The notes beneath the pieces are model-generated. The model searched no databases. It saw only the letters and a list, made by a program, of their open reading frames with translations, and was not told where the DNA came from. From NCBI GenBank assembly GCA_004764695.1, contig SMSO01000036.1, positions 2,232,001-2,296,000 on the forward strand: DNA of 64,000 bases, written 5' to 3'. Numbering within the stretch: the first letter of the stretch is position 1; each line of letters opens with the position of its first letter. This DNA is from Schizochytrium sp. TIO01. Lineage: Eukaryota > Protista > Bigyra: Labyrinthulomycetes. Shown piece after piece: positions 53,552-63,298 of this stretch. A program made the translations under genes and the position numbers.

Positions 53552-55723
53552 ATGAGCACCGACTCGGAATACTCAAGCGAGGCGCTTGCGATCGTCGTGG
53601 AGATCGTTGCCCCTGCGCTTGGTGTGTTGCTTGCGATTGTACTATTTGTCGGCCCTCTGCCAGCTGTACTGGCTGTGCGAAAGGCCAATGACCTCGGTCG
53701 CATGAATGCGCTACTTTTTCCATGTACACTGGCGAATTGCCTTGGCAACACTCTCTACGGTGTTGCCAAAGAGGACCCTTACCTGATTACCGCAAATGGC
53801 TTTGGTATCATCATTAGTGTCTTTTACTTACTCACATCCATCCGTCTTGCACATCAAGCATCCACCTTTCACATTCTTGAGCTCATGACATACATCTTCG
53901 TGATCCTCTGGATTGGTCTTGGTATCGTGGCTCGCTATGTGCCAGAGGTTGCTGAGCAGGTACTCGGTGTTGGCGCTATGTGCATGAGTCTCATCATGTT
54001 CACAGCTCCTCTCAGTACTGTTCGAGAGGTAATTCGGGAGCACAACAGTGTTTCCATCAACATGGGCTTTTTGATTGGACAAATTGCATCCTCATTTATG
54101 TGGATCATCTATGCTGGGTTCACTAAGGACATGTTTGTGCTGATTCCCAACCTTTTTGGCCTGGTGCTCGGTCTTATTCAGGCTGCACTAGTGGTGATTC
54201 TGCCTCGCAAGGCAACTCCGGAACTTGACATGAAGACAGAATTTGAACTTGGAGGTACAACTCTGGGTGGAGCATCACACCCACCCTCTGTTGGCGAGAC
54301 TGTCATGTCTCAATATCCGGAGTACCAGAACTACGAGGTTGATAGTATGGCGCCTGATGACCGCACCCCACCTGCTATTACTGCCATTACCGATGAACAA
54401 GCTGCTCATATGCCACTCATGAACCGTGGTTCCATTTCTCACCCAGACCAGTACCGCCCTTACGCTCTATCACAAGAGCAACAAGGTGCATACATTGGCA
54501 GCCCGCAGACAATTGGCTCAGCTCGTCACTTGGTACCTATGGGAGGTCCTATGCCTCCCCATCACCTTTCCCATACTCAGTCTCAGCCTCCGGGGGGATC
54601 TTCACGCTATCTGCGTACTCACGAAAGTGGATATTCCTCCGGCACTGCAGACCGTGGTCGTGTCTACTCGGAAGTTGATCATCGACCTGTAGATTACAGA
54701 GATCGTGGCATGTCAGCAGACCGCACTCGCAGCTATTCTGCTCGTGACCTTGGGTACAGTCCTCGTGAGCGTGGATATTCGTCAAACTCTGCCCACTCTG
54801 GTCCTAATGATCGCCTTGCGCCTGGGGTTCACAAGGCACCTCTGGATCGCGACTCTCACCTCCCAGAGCCACAATCTGATCACTCTACAGATGACTCCAA
54901 CTCTGTTCCGCCCCTTGACTCCCCACCTATCAGGCCTACTAGGACCCCGCAACAAGGATCTCCGGGTATTCCGAGCGATGTACACATTATGCCACCGCTT
55001 CCCGAGAACACGCAACAGCTTCCTCCTTCGAGCATGTATGGCCAGCCGGCCCCAATGCAAGCTGTCCAGACGATGCAATACCAAGTTCAGCCTGGCGTAT
55101 CCATGCATGAGCAGCAGGTGCAAGACCGTGCGAATATGTTGAAACAACAAGAAATGGAGCGTCAGCAACAGTTGATTTTGGCTGCGCAGCAGCAACAACA
55201 GCCGCCCATGTTCTCTTCCTCAATCCCGCAGATCCAGAGTCAGATGAGCAATATGCCCCCGCCTCCACCTGGAATGCAAGACCCGAATATGATGGGAGGT
55301 ATGCTGCCTCACCAGCAAATGCAACAGGGTCGCCGTCCCGATCTTAACATTAGCACAACCTATCAGCCTCCGTCGATGCCGACGATGTCTCGAGAAGGTA
55401 GTTTCCGGGGAACACCGCCTAGCCCTCCGTCCCAACCTAGCCAAATGGGGGGTGTTATGCAACAGTCATCTTCATCAGTGCGCCCAACGCCAAACCCATC
55501 ACCAATGCAACAACCGGTACCCGTTCCACCTGCTTTGGGGGGGGACAATAACTTTTCCTTGACGACATCTGCTTACAACCCTCAGCTCGCAGGTCTTGGG
55601 CCTTCCGCTAGCCAACGTAGATTCCCAACTCGCGCTAGTTCGCAAGATATGATTGGATCAGCACGTGAAGAACAGCGCCAACGGGCAGCGTCTATGGCCG
55701 TGACAGACAACTCCCAACAATAG
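53552..55723 (+). CDS. SWEET: SWEET (MtN3/saliva) sugar transporter with ~500-aa Pro/Gln/Ser-rich cytosolic tail
   Basis: Seven TM helices in aa ~10-218 with two MtN3 repeats (FVGPLPAV...ANCL...YG...ANGFG; MFTAPLSTVREVI...WIIYA...IPNLFG). The ORF stays open for ~505 more codons. Confidence 0.92.
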   Translation: MSTDSEYSSEALAIVVEIVAPALGVLLAIVLFVGPLPAVLAVRKANDLGRMNALLFPCTLANCLGNTLYGVAKEDPYLITANGFGIIISVFYLLTSIRLAHQASTFHILELMTYIFVILWIGLGIVARYVPEVAEQVLGVGAMCMSLIMFTAPLSTVREVIREHNSVSINMGFLIGQIASSFMWIIYAGFTKDMFVLIPNLFGLVLGLIQAALVVILPRKATPELDMKTEFELGGTTLGGASHPPSVGETVMSQYPEYQNYEVDSMAPDDRTPPAITAITDEQAAHMPLMNRGSISHPDQYRPYALSQEQQGAYIGSPQTIGSARHLVPMGGPMPPHHLSHTQSQPPGGSSRYLRTHESGYSSGTADRGRVYSEVDHRPVDYRDRGMSADRTRSYSARDLGYSPRERGYSSNSAHSGPNDRLAPGVHKAPLDRDSHLPEPQSDHSTDDSNSVPPLDSPPIRPTRTPQQGSPGIPSDVHIMPPLPENTQQLPPSSMYGQPAPMQAVQTMQYQVQPGVSMHEQQVQDRANMLKQQEMERQQQLILAAQQQQQPPMFSSSIPQIQSQMSNMPPPPPGMQDPNMMGGMLPHQQMQQGRRPDLNISTTYQPPSMPTMSREGSFRGTPPSPPSQPSQMGGVMQQSSSSVRPTPNPSPMQQPVPVPPALGGDNNFSLTTSAYNPQLAGLGPSASQRRFPTRASSQDMIGSAREEQRQRAASMAVTDNSQQ

Positions 55724-56258
55724 GTCTACAGTACTTCACCTTTGCGAAACTTTTGACACACCTCAAAGCCAAAGTCGTTTATGAACCTTGTTTTTAGCTT
55801 TAAACCACAAATCCGCTCCATGGCGCGTAACATGATATCTTGGGATGTTTCAAGGGCCCAAGTACGAACAAGCTAGAAGAGGAGGTCTCTTACATAAACG
55901 AGTAAAGTGTAGTTGTACATACTACAATATCTACTACAATTCGATGACTTAAATAATAAAGAAGCATCTTTGCGTGTATGTGTGTGTTTGATTGTAAAAA
56001 TCAAATAGCGGCAAAAGAAGAACCAAAAATATATTTCGAATAAATGTCCTACTTTCCGCTTATAGTTGATCAAATGATTTCTCTAACTGTCAGGGTTAGA
56101 TTCTTCAAATCAAACAAACTACGTGGACAGAATGAACCAATGAGAAACACCACAACTACTCATATCGCTGTGAATAACACGATGCAAAATATTAGTCTGA
56201 AAAACTGAGTATGTCCCTTGTTATCTTCTTAAGACTTGTGCGAATCCACAAAACCAAA

Positions 56259-58388
56259 CTAGTAGTAAGTTACAGCAAACTCGTACCCTTGAAGATTCTT
56301 GCTTTTGTCTGAGTGGAAATACACTATCATCTCTTGAACAAGCGGATCTAGTACAGATACCTTTTTGATCTTGCCCGCGTACGTGGCCCGAAGTACTGTC
56401 CCTATCTCGTCACTACGGAGAGAATCGAAAAAACTACTCGTTGCTGCACCGGTATCTTCTGCATCAACATCCCAAACCTCCAAAATGTCATGCTTCGCCT
56501 GAGTTGCGCCTCCAAGCATCTTGAACATTACTTTCTTGTCGCTTGGCGCACGGATCAGCCAACAGAGATCTGCATTGTTATCATACTTCTTTGCAGAATT
56601 TGTAGCTAGCGTAACCCACTCACCTGTTGAGTCCAGCTTCACCACCACATTTTCATCATCATGCGTACACTTAGTGGCCCACGATACCGAAGAAATTTCA
56701 GGACATTGACTAGGCTTTGTCAGACATTGACGACCTGCTTTGTCGAGAATTGTACCAGTTGGACAGCGGCAGTATGCTTGGCGAAAGTCGTCCTTTTCTT
56801 GCTCAGTATATTTTGACTGCGGATTCGGTAAATCGATGCAGACCCGGTTTGCTGATTTAGCACACTTGGTGGAGATCTTGTCAGGCTGGGTACAGTATGG
56901 CTCACAAGCAGGATACCAGCATTGTGCTAGAATCATGTTGTTCTCACAAGATGGGTACTGATCGACGTTAGACGGGATCGCAGGGGTTGTTGGAGCAGGC
57001 GTTGGCTTGGAGGGCTTAGATGTAGGGTGAGGAGTAGGCACTTTCGTGGGGAATCGAGTGGGACTTGGCGTTGGCTTTGGTGTTGGGTATTTTGTTGGCA
57101 CATTTGTCGGCCTGCTCGTTGGTTTGGATGTAGGCTTTGATGTAGGATACTTCGTAGGGGAGCTTGTTGGCTGGACAGGTTTGTAATTGTTGCACGCATC
57201 TTGTTTCTCCCTTAAGTCAACACAGCGGCGGGTTGGGTTCTTCTCAGATGCTACCTTGACCTCAGTAGGATGTCCTACATGAAGTTCACAAGTTCCAAGG
57301 CAAGTATCACTCGCGATCGAACAGTAGAACTCGTAGCTTGAGCAATAGGAGTCAGCGAGACAGGCCTGCAAACAATCATATTCTGTAATTGACTCTTTTT
57401 GCGAATACTGGCCATCGTAGAGAAGGTCGTCATCAGTATAATAAGCAGAAGTAGAAGCCTTGGGGTTATTAAAGAGGCAATAGCCCTTGGGAGCCATGAG
57501 GTGAAGGCAGGTTTGAGAGGCAGTACGCTGAGGCACCTCGTACATACAAAATGGGAATTGTTGGAATCCAATTTTTTTGTCGTCATGAAGTGAATTCTTT
57601 GCAACGACCGTGATTTTCCCAGAGTCGGTCAGAAGTAGAGGATAGTTCACAAAGCAATGGCGTTTTTGAAAGCGTCGTTTTCTCCAACCATTCTGATACT
57701 TATATGCGGTAATAAACGAGTATGAGTATTCTCCATCGTCATATGTGTATCCATTGTAGTACGTACGAAGTTCTCCTTCATAGTCGTCGTCATAAGACGT
57801 ATACTTAGGCTGAGCGAATTGTTTAGAGTAGAACTCGAGGTCATAGTGGGAGTCATATGTGGTATAAGATGAAGAATAATCCTCATTAACTTTGCACTTG
57901 GGGCCAAGATAAACATCATCAAAAATTTGAGTAAATGCTTTGGCAGTGAGTGTTCGATGGGACGTTGGCGCAATAAGCTTTTTAACAGGCCCCAAAGAAT
58001 ACTTGTGAGGTGCCCACCCAATGTAGGCATAACTGAGCTTCTCGCCTTTTAAAGCTCTTTGCAGTGCTCCAAGCTGGTCGGTGTTTTCGATGAGAGCAGC
58101 TTTCATCATAGAGTGACGATAGCGGCGCTCACAGAATGTGGTTGGGGTGTATAGGTCGGTGTACGTACTCTCATAGCAATCGTTATACGTGCATCCCTTG
58201 CCGAATTCCTTGCTCAGATAAAACTGGCGTTTGAAGCTGATTTTGTTTTTTCTTGTAGCCCTTCCAACACAGTAACCATTGTTGAAATAGTAGCCTGAAA
58301 TACATCGCGTGATGTCATCTCCCAGAACTAAAGTGAATATACACAGAAGGCACAAGAGAGCCGTAGACATGGTCATAGTAGGCGTCAT
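56259..58388 (-). CDS. Secreted multidomain protein, copy 1: signal peptide - C-type-lectin-like/Tyr-rich - PAN/Apple - PT repeats - TIL-like - CUB
   Basis: Signal peptide ALLCLLCIFTLVLG; PAN-like EYDCLQACLADSYCSSYEF...CELH; PTxxPT repeats; TIL-like C...CEPYC...CRCPTGTILD...CL...QCP; CUB YDNNADLCWLIRAP...DILEVWD...VYFHSDKS...GY. Confidence 0.85.
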   Translation of the reverse strand: MTPTMTMSTALLCLLCIFTLVLGDDITRCISGYYFNNGYCVGRATRKNKISFKRQFYLSKEFGKGCTYNDCYESTYTDLYTPTTFCERRYRHSMMKAALIENTDQLGALQRALKGEKLSYAYIGWAPHKYSLGPVKKLIAPTSHRTLTAKAFTQIFDDVYLGPKCKVNEDYSSSYTTYDSHYDLEFYSKQFAQPKYTSYDDDYEGELRTYYNGYTYDDGEYSYSFITAYKYQNGWRKRRFQKRHCFVNYPLLLTDSGKITVVAKNSLHDDKKIGFQQFPFCMYEVPQRTASQTCLHLMAPKGYCLFNNPKASTSAYYTDDDLLYDGQYSQKESITEYDCLQACLADSYCSSYEFYCSIASDTCLGTCELHVGHPTEVKVASEKNPTRRCVDLREKQDACNNYKPVQPTSSPTKYPTSKPTSKPTSRPTNVPTKYPTPKPTPSPTRFPTKVPTPHPTSKPSKPTPAPTTPAIPSNVDQYPSCENNMILAQCWYPACEPYCTQPDKISTKCAKSANRVCIDLPNPQSKYTEQEKDDFRQAYCRCPTGTILDKAGRQCLTKPSQCPEISSVSWATKCTHDDENVVVKLDSTGEWVTLATNSAKKYDNNADLCWLIRAPSDKKVMFKMLGGATQAKHDILEVWDVDAEDTGAATSSFFDSLRSDEIGTVLRATYAGKIKKVSVLDPLVQEMIVYFHSDKSKNLQGYEFAVTYY

Positions 58389-59285
58389 CCTACTTGCATC
58401 AGAATATCCAACAACCAGAAGATTGGGGTTTGCTTTGCTAGAGGTTCCCTCTTTACGACTTTACCCTTGCTACTTATGTTCTATGGCTAAATCTATAGTC
58501 AATTAGCCATCAACGAGCTTACATGCACGACACACATTGGCAGGCCATGCACTCGAGTGATCTCACATGTAGAAACTCACTACAAATATCTCTAGTAGAT
58601 TTCAGTCTTGGCTGGCTGAGAAATGTTACGTTTCTTCCTGTTCATTTTTCATATGATCATATTCGTGCGTAGGCCTACTATGCATGTTCTAATCAATTTA
58701 AAAGATCGATAGGAATATTTTGTAAATGCTCGGGCTGCATCGGCCCTGAGAAGTGCATTATTTATTAGATACTGGTACTACGGATACTGCCAACGATGTT
58801 TGACTTTTAAATCCTATGGACACTATGGAAAACACTTGTATTTTTGAAAGCAGTCAGTCTGGGTTGCAGTTTAAAATTCTAGATGAAAACATGTGTCAAG
58901 ATCAGGCATGCTGGACTAGCTCACCAGCAACCGCAATGAGCTCATTAAGAACGAAGAATCATTTAGGGCAGGGTGAAGGAACTAATCAATTTCCAAATAT
59001 GTACGTCATTAATCGGTACTTCCAATTATATTTCCGAGAACCATTAAGATTTGGGAGCGTAACATCAAGTGCGTACCTTGCAGTACTAGGACTGTATTGT
59101 TAATAAACAATTTAATATTTCTTCAATGAAAGTTTGTTTTCTTTTTCCTCATAACGTAATGAACAAATGAGAAACACCACAACTACTCATATCGCTGTGA
59201 ATAACACGAGGCAAAATATTAGTCTAAAAAATTGAGTATGTCCCTTATTATCTCCTTAAGACTTGTGCGAATCCACAAAACCAAA

Positions 59286-61412
59286 CTAGTAGTAAGTTAC
59301 AGCAAACTCGTACCCTTGAAGATTCTTGCTTTTGTCCGAGTGGAAATACACTATCATCTCTTGAACAAGCGGATCTAGTACAGATACCTTTTTGATCTTG
59401 CCCGCATACGTGGCCCGAAGTACTGTCCCTATCTCGTCACTACGGAGAGAATCGAAAAAACTACTCGTTGCCGCACCGGTATCTTCTGCATCAACATCCC
59501 AAACCTCCAAAATGTCATGCTTCGCCTGAGTTGCGCCTCCAAGCATCTTGAACATTACTTTCTTGTTGCTTGGCGCACGGATCAGCCAACAGAGATCTGC
59601 ATTGTTATCATATTTCTTTGCAGAATTTGTAGCTAGCGTAACCCACTCACCTGTTGAGTCCAGCTTCACCACCACATTTTCATCATCATGCGTACACTTA
59701 GTGGCCCACGATACCGAAGAAATTTCAGGACATTGACTAGGCTTTGTCAGACATTGACGACCTGCTTTGTCGAGAATTGTACCAGTTGGACAGCGGCAGT
59801 ATGCTTGGCGAAAGTCGTCCTTTTCTTGCTCAGTATATTTTAACTGCGGATTCGGTAAATCGATGCAGACCCGGTTTGCTGATTTAGCACACTTGGTGGA
59901 GATCTTGTCAGGCTGGGTACAGTATGGCTCACAAGCAGGATACCAGCATTGTGCTAGAATCATGTTGTTCTCACAAGATGGGTACTGATCGACGTTAGAC
60001 GGGATCGCAGGCGTTGTTGGAGCAGGCGTTGGCTTGGAGGGCTTAGATGTAGGGTGAGGGGTAGGCACTTTCGTGGGGAATCGAGTGGGACTTGGCGTTG
60101 GCTTTGGTGTTGGGTATTTTGTTGGCACATTTGTCGGCCAGCTCGTTGGTTTGGATGTAGGCTTTGATGTAGGATACTTCGTAGGGGAGCTTGTTGGCTG
60201 GACAGGTTTGTAATTGTTGCACGCATCTTGTTTCTCCCTTAAGTCAACACAGCGGCGGGTTGGGTTCTTCTCAGATGCTACCTTGACCTCAGTAGGATGT
60301 CCTACATGAAGTTCACAAGTTCCAAGGCAAGTATCACTCGCGATCGAACAGTAGAACTCGTAGCTTGAGCAATAGGAGTCAGCGAGACAGGCCTGCAAAC
60401 AATCATATTCTGTAATTGACTCTTTTTGCGAATACTGGCCATCGTAGAGAAGGTCGTCATCACTATCATAAGCAGAAGTAGAAGCCATGGGGTTATTAAA
60501 GAGGCAATAGCCCTTGGGAGCCATGAGGTGAAGGCAGGTTTGAGAGGCAGTACGCTGAGGCACCTCGTACATACAAAATGGGAATTGTTGGAATCCAATT
60601 TTTTTGTCGTCATGAAGTGAATTCTTTGCAACGACCGTGATTTTCCCAGAGTCAGTCAGAAGTAGAGGATAGTTCACAAAGCAATGGCGTTTTTGAAAGC
60701 GTCGTTTTCTCCAACCATTCTGATACTTATATGCGGTAAACGAGTATGAGTATTCTCCATCGTCATATGTGTATCCATTGTAGTACGTACGAAGTTCTCC
60801 TTCATAGTCGTCGTCATAAGACGTATACTTAGGCTGAGCGAATTGTTTAGAGTAGAACTCGAGGTCATAGTGGGAGTCATATGTGGTATAAGCTGAAGAA
60901 TAATCCTCATTAACTTTGCACTTGGGGCCAAGATAAACATCATCAAAAATTTGAGTAAATGCTTTGGCAGTGAGTGTTCGATGGGACGTTGGCGCAATAA
61001 GCTTTTTAACAGGCCCCAAGGAATACTTGTGAGGTGCCCACCCAATGTAGGCATAACTGAGCTTCTCGCCTTTTAAAGCTCTTTGCAGTGCTCCAAGCTG
61101 GTCAGTGTTTTCGATGAGAGCAGCTTTCATCATAGAGTGACGATAGCGGCGCTCACAGAATGTGGTTGGGGTGTATAGGTCGGTGTACATACTCTCATAG
61201 CAATCGTTATACGTGCATCCCTTGCCGAATTCCTTGCTCAGATAAAACTGGCGTTTGAAGCTGATTTTGGTTCTTTCGGTGGCGCGTCCAACACAGTAAC
61301 CATTGTTGAAATAGTAGCCTGAAACGCATCGCGTGATGTCATCTCCCAGAACTAAAGTGAATATACACAGAAGGCACAAGAGAGTCGTAGACGTGGTCAT
61401 AGTAGGCGTCAT
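59286..61412 (-). CDS. Secreted multidomain protein, copy 2 (near-identical to copy 1)
   Basis: Same architecture, 708 aa from ATG 61412; differs by a one-codon deletion (SFITAY vs SFTAY) and a few substitutions. Confidence 0.85.
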   Translation of the reverse strand: MTPTMTTSTTLLCLLCIFTLVLGDDITRCVSGYYFNNGYCVGRATERTKISFKRQFYLSKEFGKGCTYNDCYESMYTDLYTPTTFCERRYRHSMMKAALIENTDQLGALQRALKGEKLSYAYIGWAPHKYSLGPVKKLIAPTSHRTLTAKAFTQIFDDVYLGPKCKVNEDYSSAYTTYDSHYDLEFYSKQFAQPKYTSYDDDYEGELRTYYNGYTYDDGEYSYSFTAYKYQNGWRKRRFQKRHCFVNYPLLLTDSGKITVVAKNSLHDDKKIGFQQFPFCMYEVPQRTASQTCLHLMAPKGYCLFNNPMASTSAYDSDDDLLYDGQYSQKESITEYDCLQACLADSYCSSYEFYCSIASDTCLGTCELHVGHPTEVKVASEKNPTRRCVDLREKQDACNNYKPVQPTSSPTKYPTSKPTSKPTSWPTNVPTKYPTPKPTPSPTRFPTKVPTPHPTSKPSKPTPAPTTPAIPSNVDQYPSCENNMILAQCWYPACEPYCTQPDKISTKCAKSANRVCIDLPNPQLKYTEQEKDDFRQAYCRCPTGTILDKAGRQCLTKPSQCPEISSVSWATKCTHDDENVVVKLDSTGEWVTLATNSAKKYDNNADLCWLIRAPSNKKVMFKMLGGATQAKHDILEVWDVDAEDTGAATSSFFDSLRSDEIGTVLRATYAGKIKKVSVLDPLVQEMIVYFHSDKSKNLQGYEFAVTYY

Positions 61413-63298
61413 CCTACTTGCATCAGAATATCCCACAACCAGAAGATTGGGGTTTGCTTTGCTAGGGGCTCCCTCTTTAAGACTTTACCCATGTTACTTA
61501 TGTTCTATGGCTAAATCTATATAGTCGATTAGGCATCAACGAGCTTACATGCACGACACACATTGGCAGGCCATGCATTCGAGTGCTCTCACATGTAGAA
61601 ACTCACTACAATTATCTCTAGTAGATTTCAGTCTTGGCTGGCTGAGAAATGTTACGTTTCTTCCTGTTCATTTTTCATATGATCATATTCGTGCGTAGGC
61701 CTACTATGCATGTTCTAATCAAAGTAAAAGATCGATAGGAATATTTTCTGAATGCTCGGGCTGGATCCGCCGTGGGAAGTGCATTATTTGTCAAATTCTG
61801 GTACTACGGATACTGCCAACGATGTTTGACTTTTATATCCTAAGGACCATATGTTATCTTCATATGGAAAACACTTGTATTTCTGAAAGCAGTCAGTCTG
61901 GGTTGCAGTTTAAAATTCGAACGAGGTAGATGAAAACATGTGTCAAGATTAGACATGCTGAACGAACTCACCAGCAACCGCAATGAGCTCATTAAGAACG
62001 AAGAATCATTTAGGGCAGGATACAGGAACTAATCAATTTCCAAACATGAACGTCATTAATCGGTACTTCCAATTATATTTCCGAGAACCATTAAGATTTG
62101 GGAGCGTAACATCAAGTGCATACCGTGAGCATTAGAATGTTCATTGGCCTATGTATCTTTCTATCTTTCTTCATTGAAGCTCGGATTGATTATCCGCAAA
62201 CATAGGTATGAAAGCAGCCATAGGATTCAATAGCTTCGCCATTTGCCCTGCAGTAGACAGAAAGCTAGAAATCTGGGTGTTTTTAGAAACAATTGTAGAA
62301 AAAAAAGGAAACTGCTCAAAACAAAGTTCTTAAGCATACATCAGAGTTGCATTTTAGCAATGCTCAGCTGCGGCTATATTTCACTTTAAATTCTCACCCT
62401 TTTTTCTTTAATTTGATGGCCATTACGCACAACAAAAGAGTATATATACTGCCTGCTTTCAAACTTTTTTTTCATAGATGTGTCGTACTTCAACTACCGT
62501 GGAAGAAAATTACTGTTCATTTTAAAATTTTAAAAAAGAAAATGAAAAGAAAAGAAAAGAAGATAATATTAAATTGAAAGTCTTGAGAATCCTTATTTTT
62601 GTTTCTTTGTTGATCATCCCCGTACTACTTAAAACTCGGGAAAGGTTCTAAACAGGGGAAACCTCAAAAGCCTTGGTAGGACTTAATTGACCATTGAGAA
62701 CCAGGGAAGAGCGATCTTGACTAAAAGAATATAAAAACTATAGTCATCAAAAGATAATTTTCCTTTATGAACACATTTTTCATCACACCGAACTTTTGTA
62801 AATGGCAAATTGTTTGTTGAATTCCCGTACATGTAAAGAATACCAAGCATGTTTTAGGAATAAATTACGAATCAGAGCGTGTTCAGATTTTGGTGTTAAA
62901 GCGCCATGCATGCAGAGAGTCGCTCATTCACAATGCTTGAATTAGCATAACCCGCAAAGTGATTCTATATAATACTAGTGTTGAGCTTGGTAGTTTGATG
63001 GATTGATGGATTGATAGATTGAGGAAAATATTTGGTTTTAGGGCAGTTGTATCTACCCACTCGCTGAGAACTACCTATAGTTCAGGAATGGCTTCACTTA
63101 TTAAGAAACTGAAAATGCTTGAATTTAACTAAAATGGATATAGCGCAGCAGAGAGGAGGAGAACAGGACAAGCGTCCTTCACTGCTTACCTCAAGTGGAT
63201 ATCTGAAGAGTATGCTATATTTGGAAAATAAAATAAATGTTACAATAAAACAAAAACATCATGTTTTTTATTATTTTAAAAAATCGCATAAACTTTTC

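Larger units (their letters stand above)
56131..62124. repeat. Direct tandem segmental duplication: units ~56131-59077 and ~59158-62124
   Basis: Gene plus ~130 bp downstream and ~700 bp upstream flank duplicated at an offset of 3024-3027 bp across the CDS. Confidence 0.95.
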
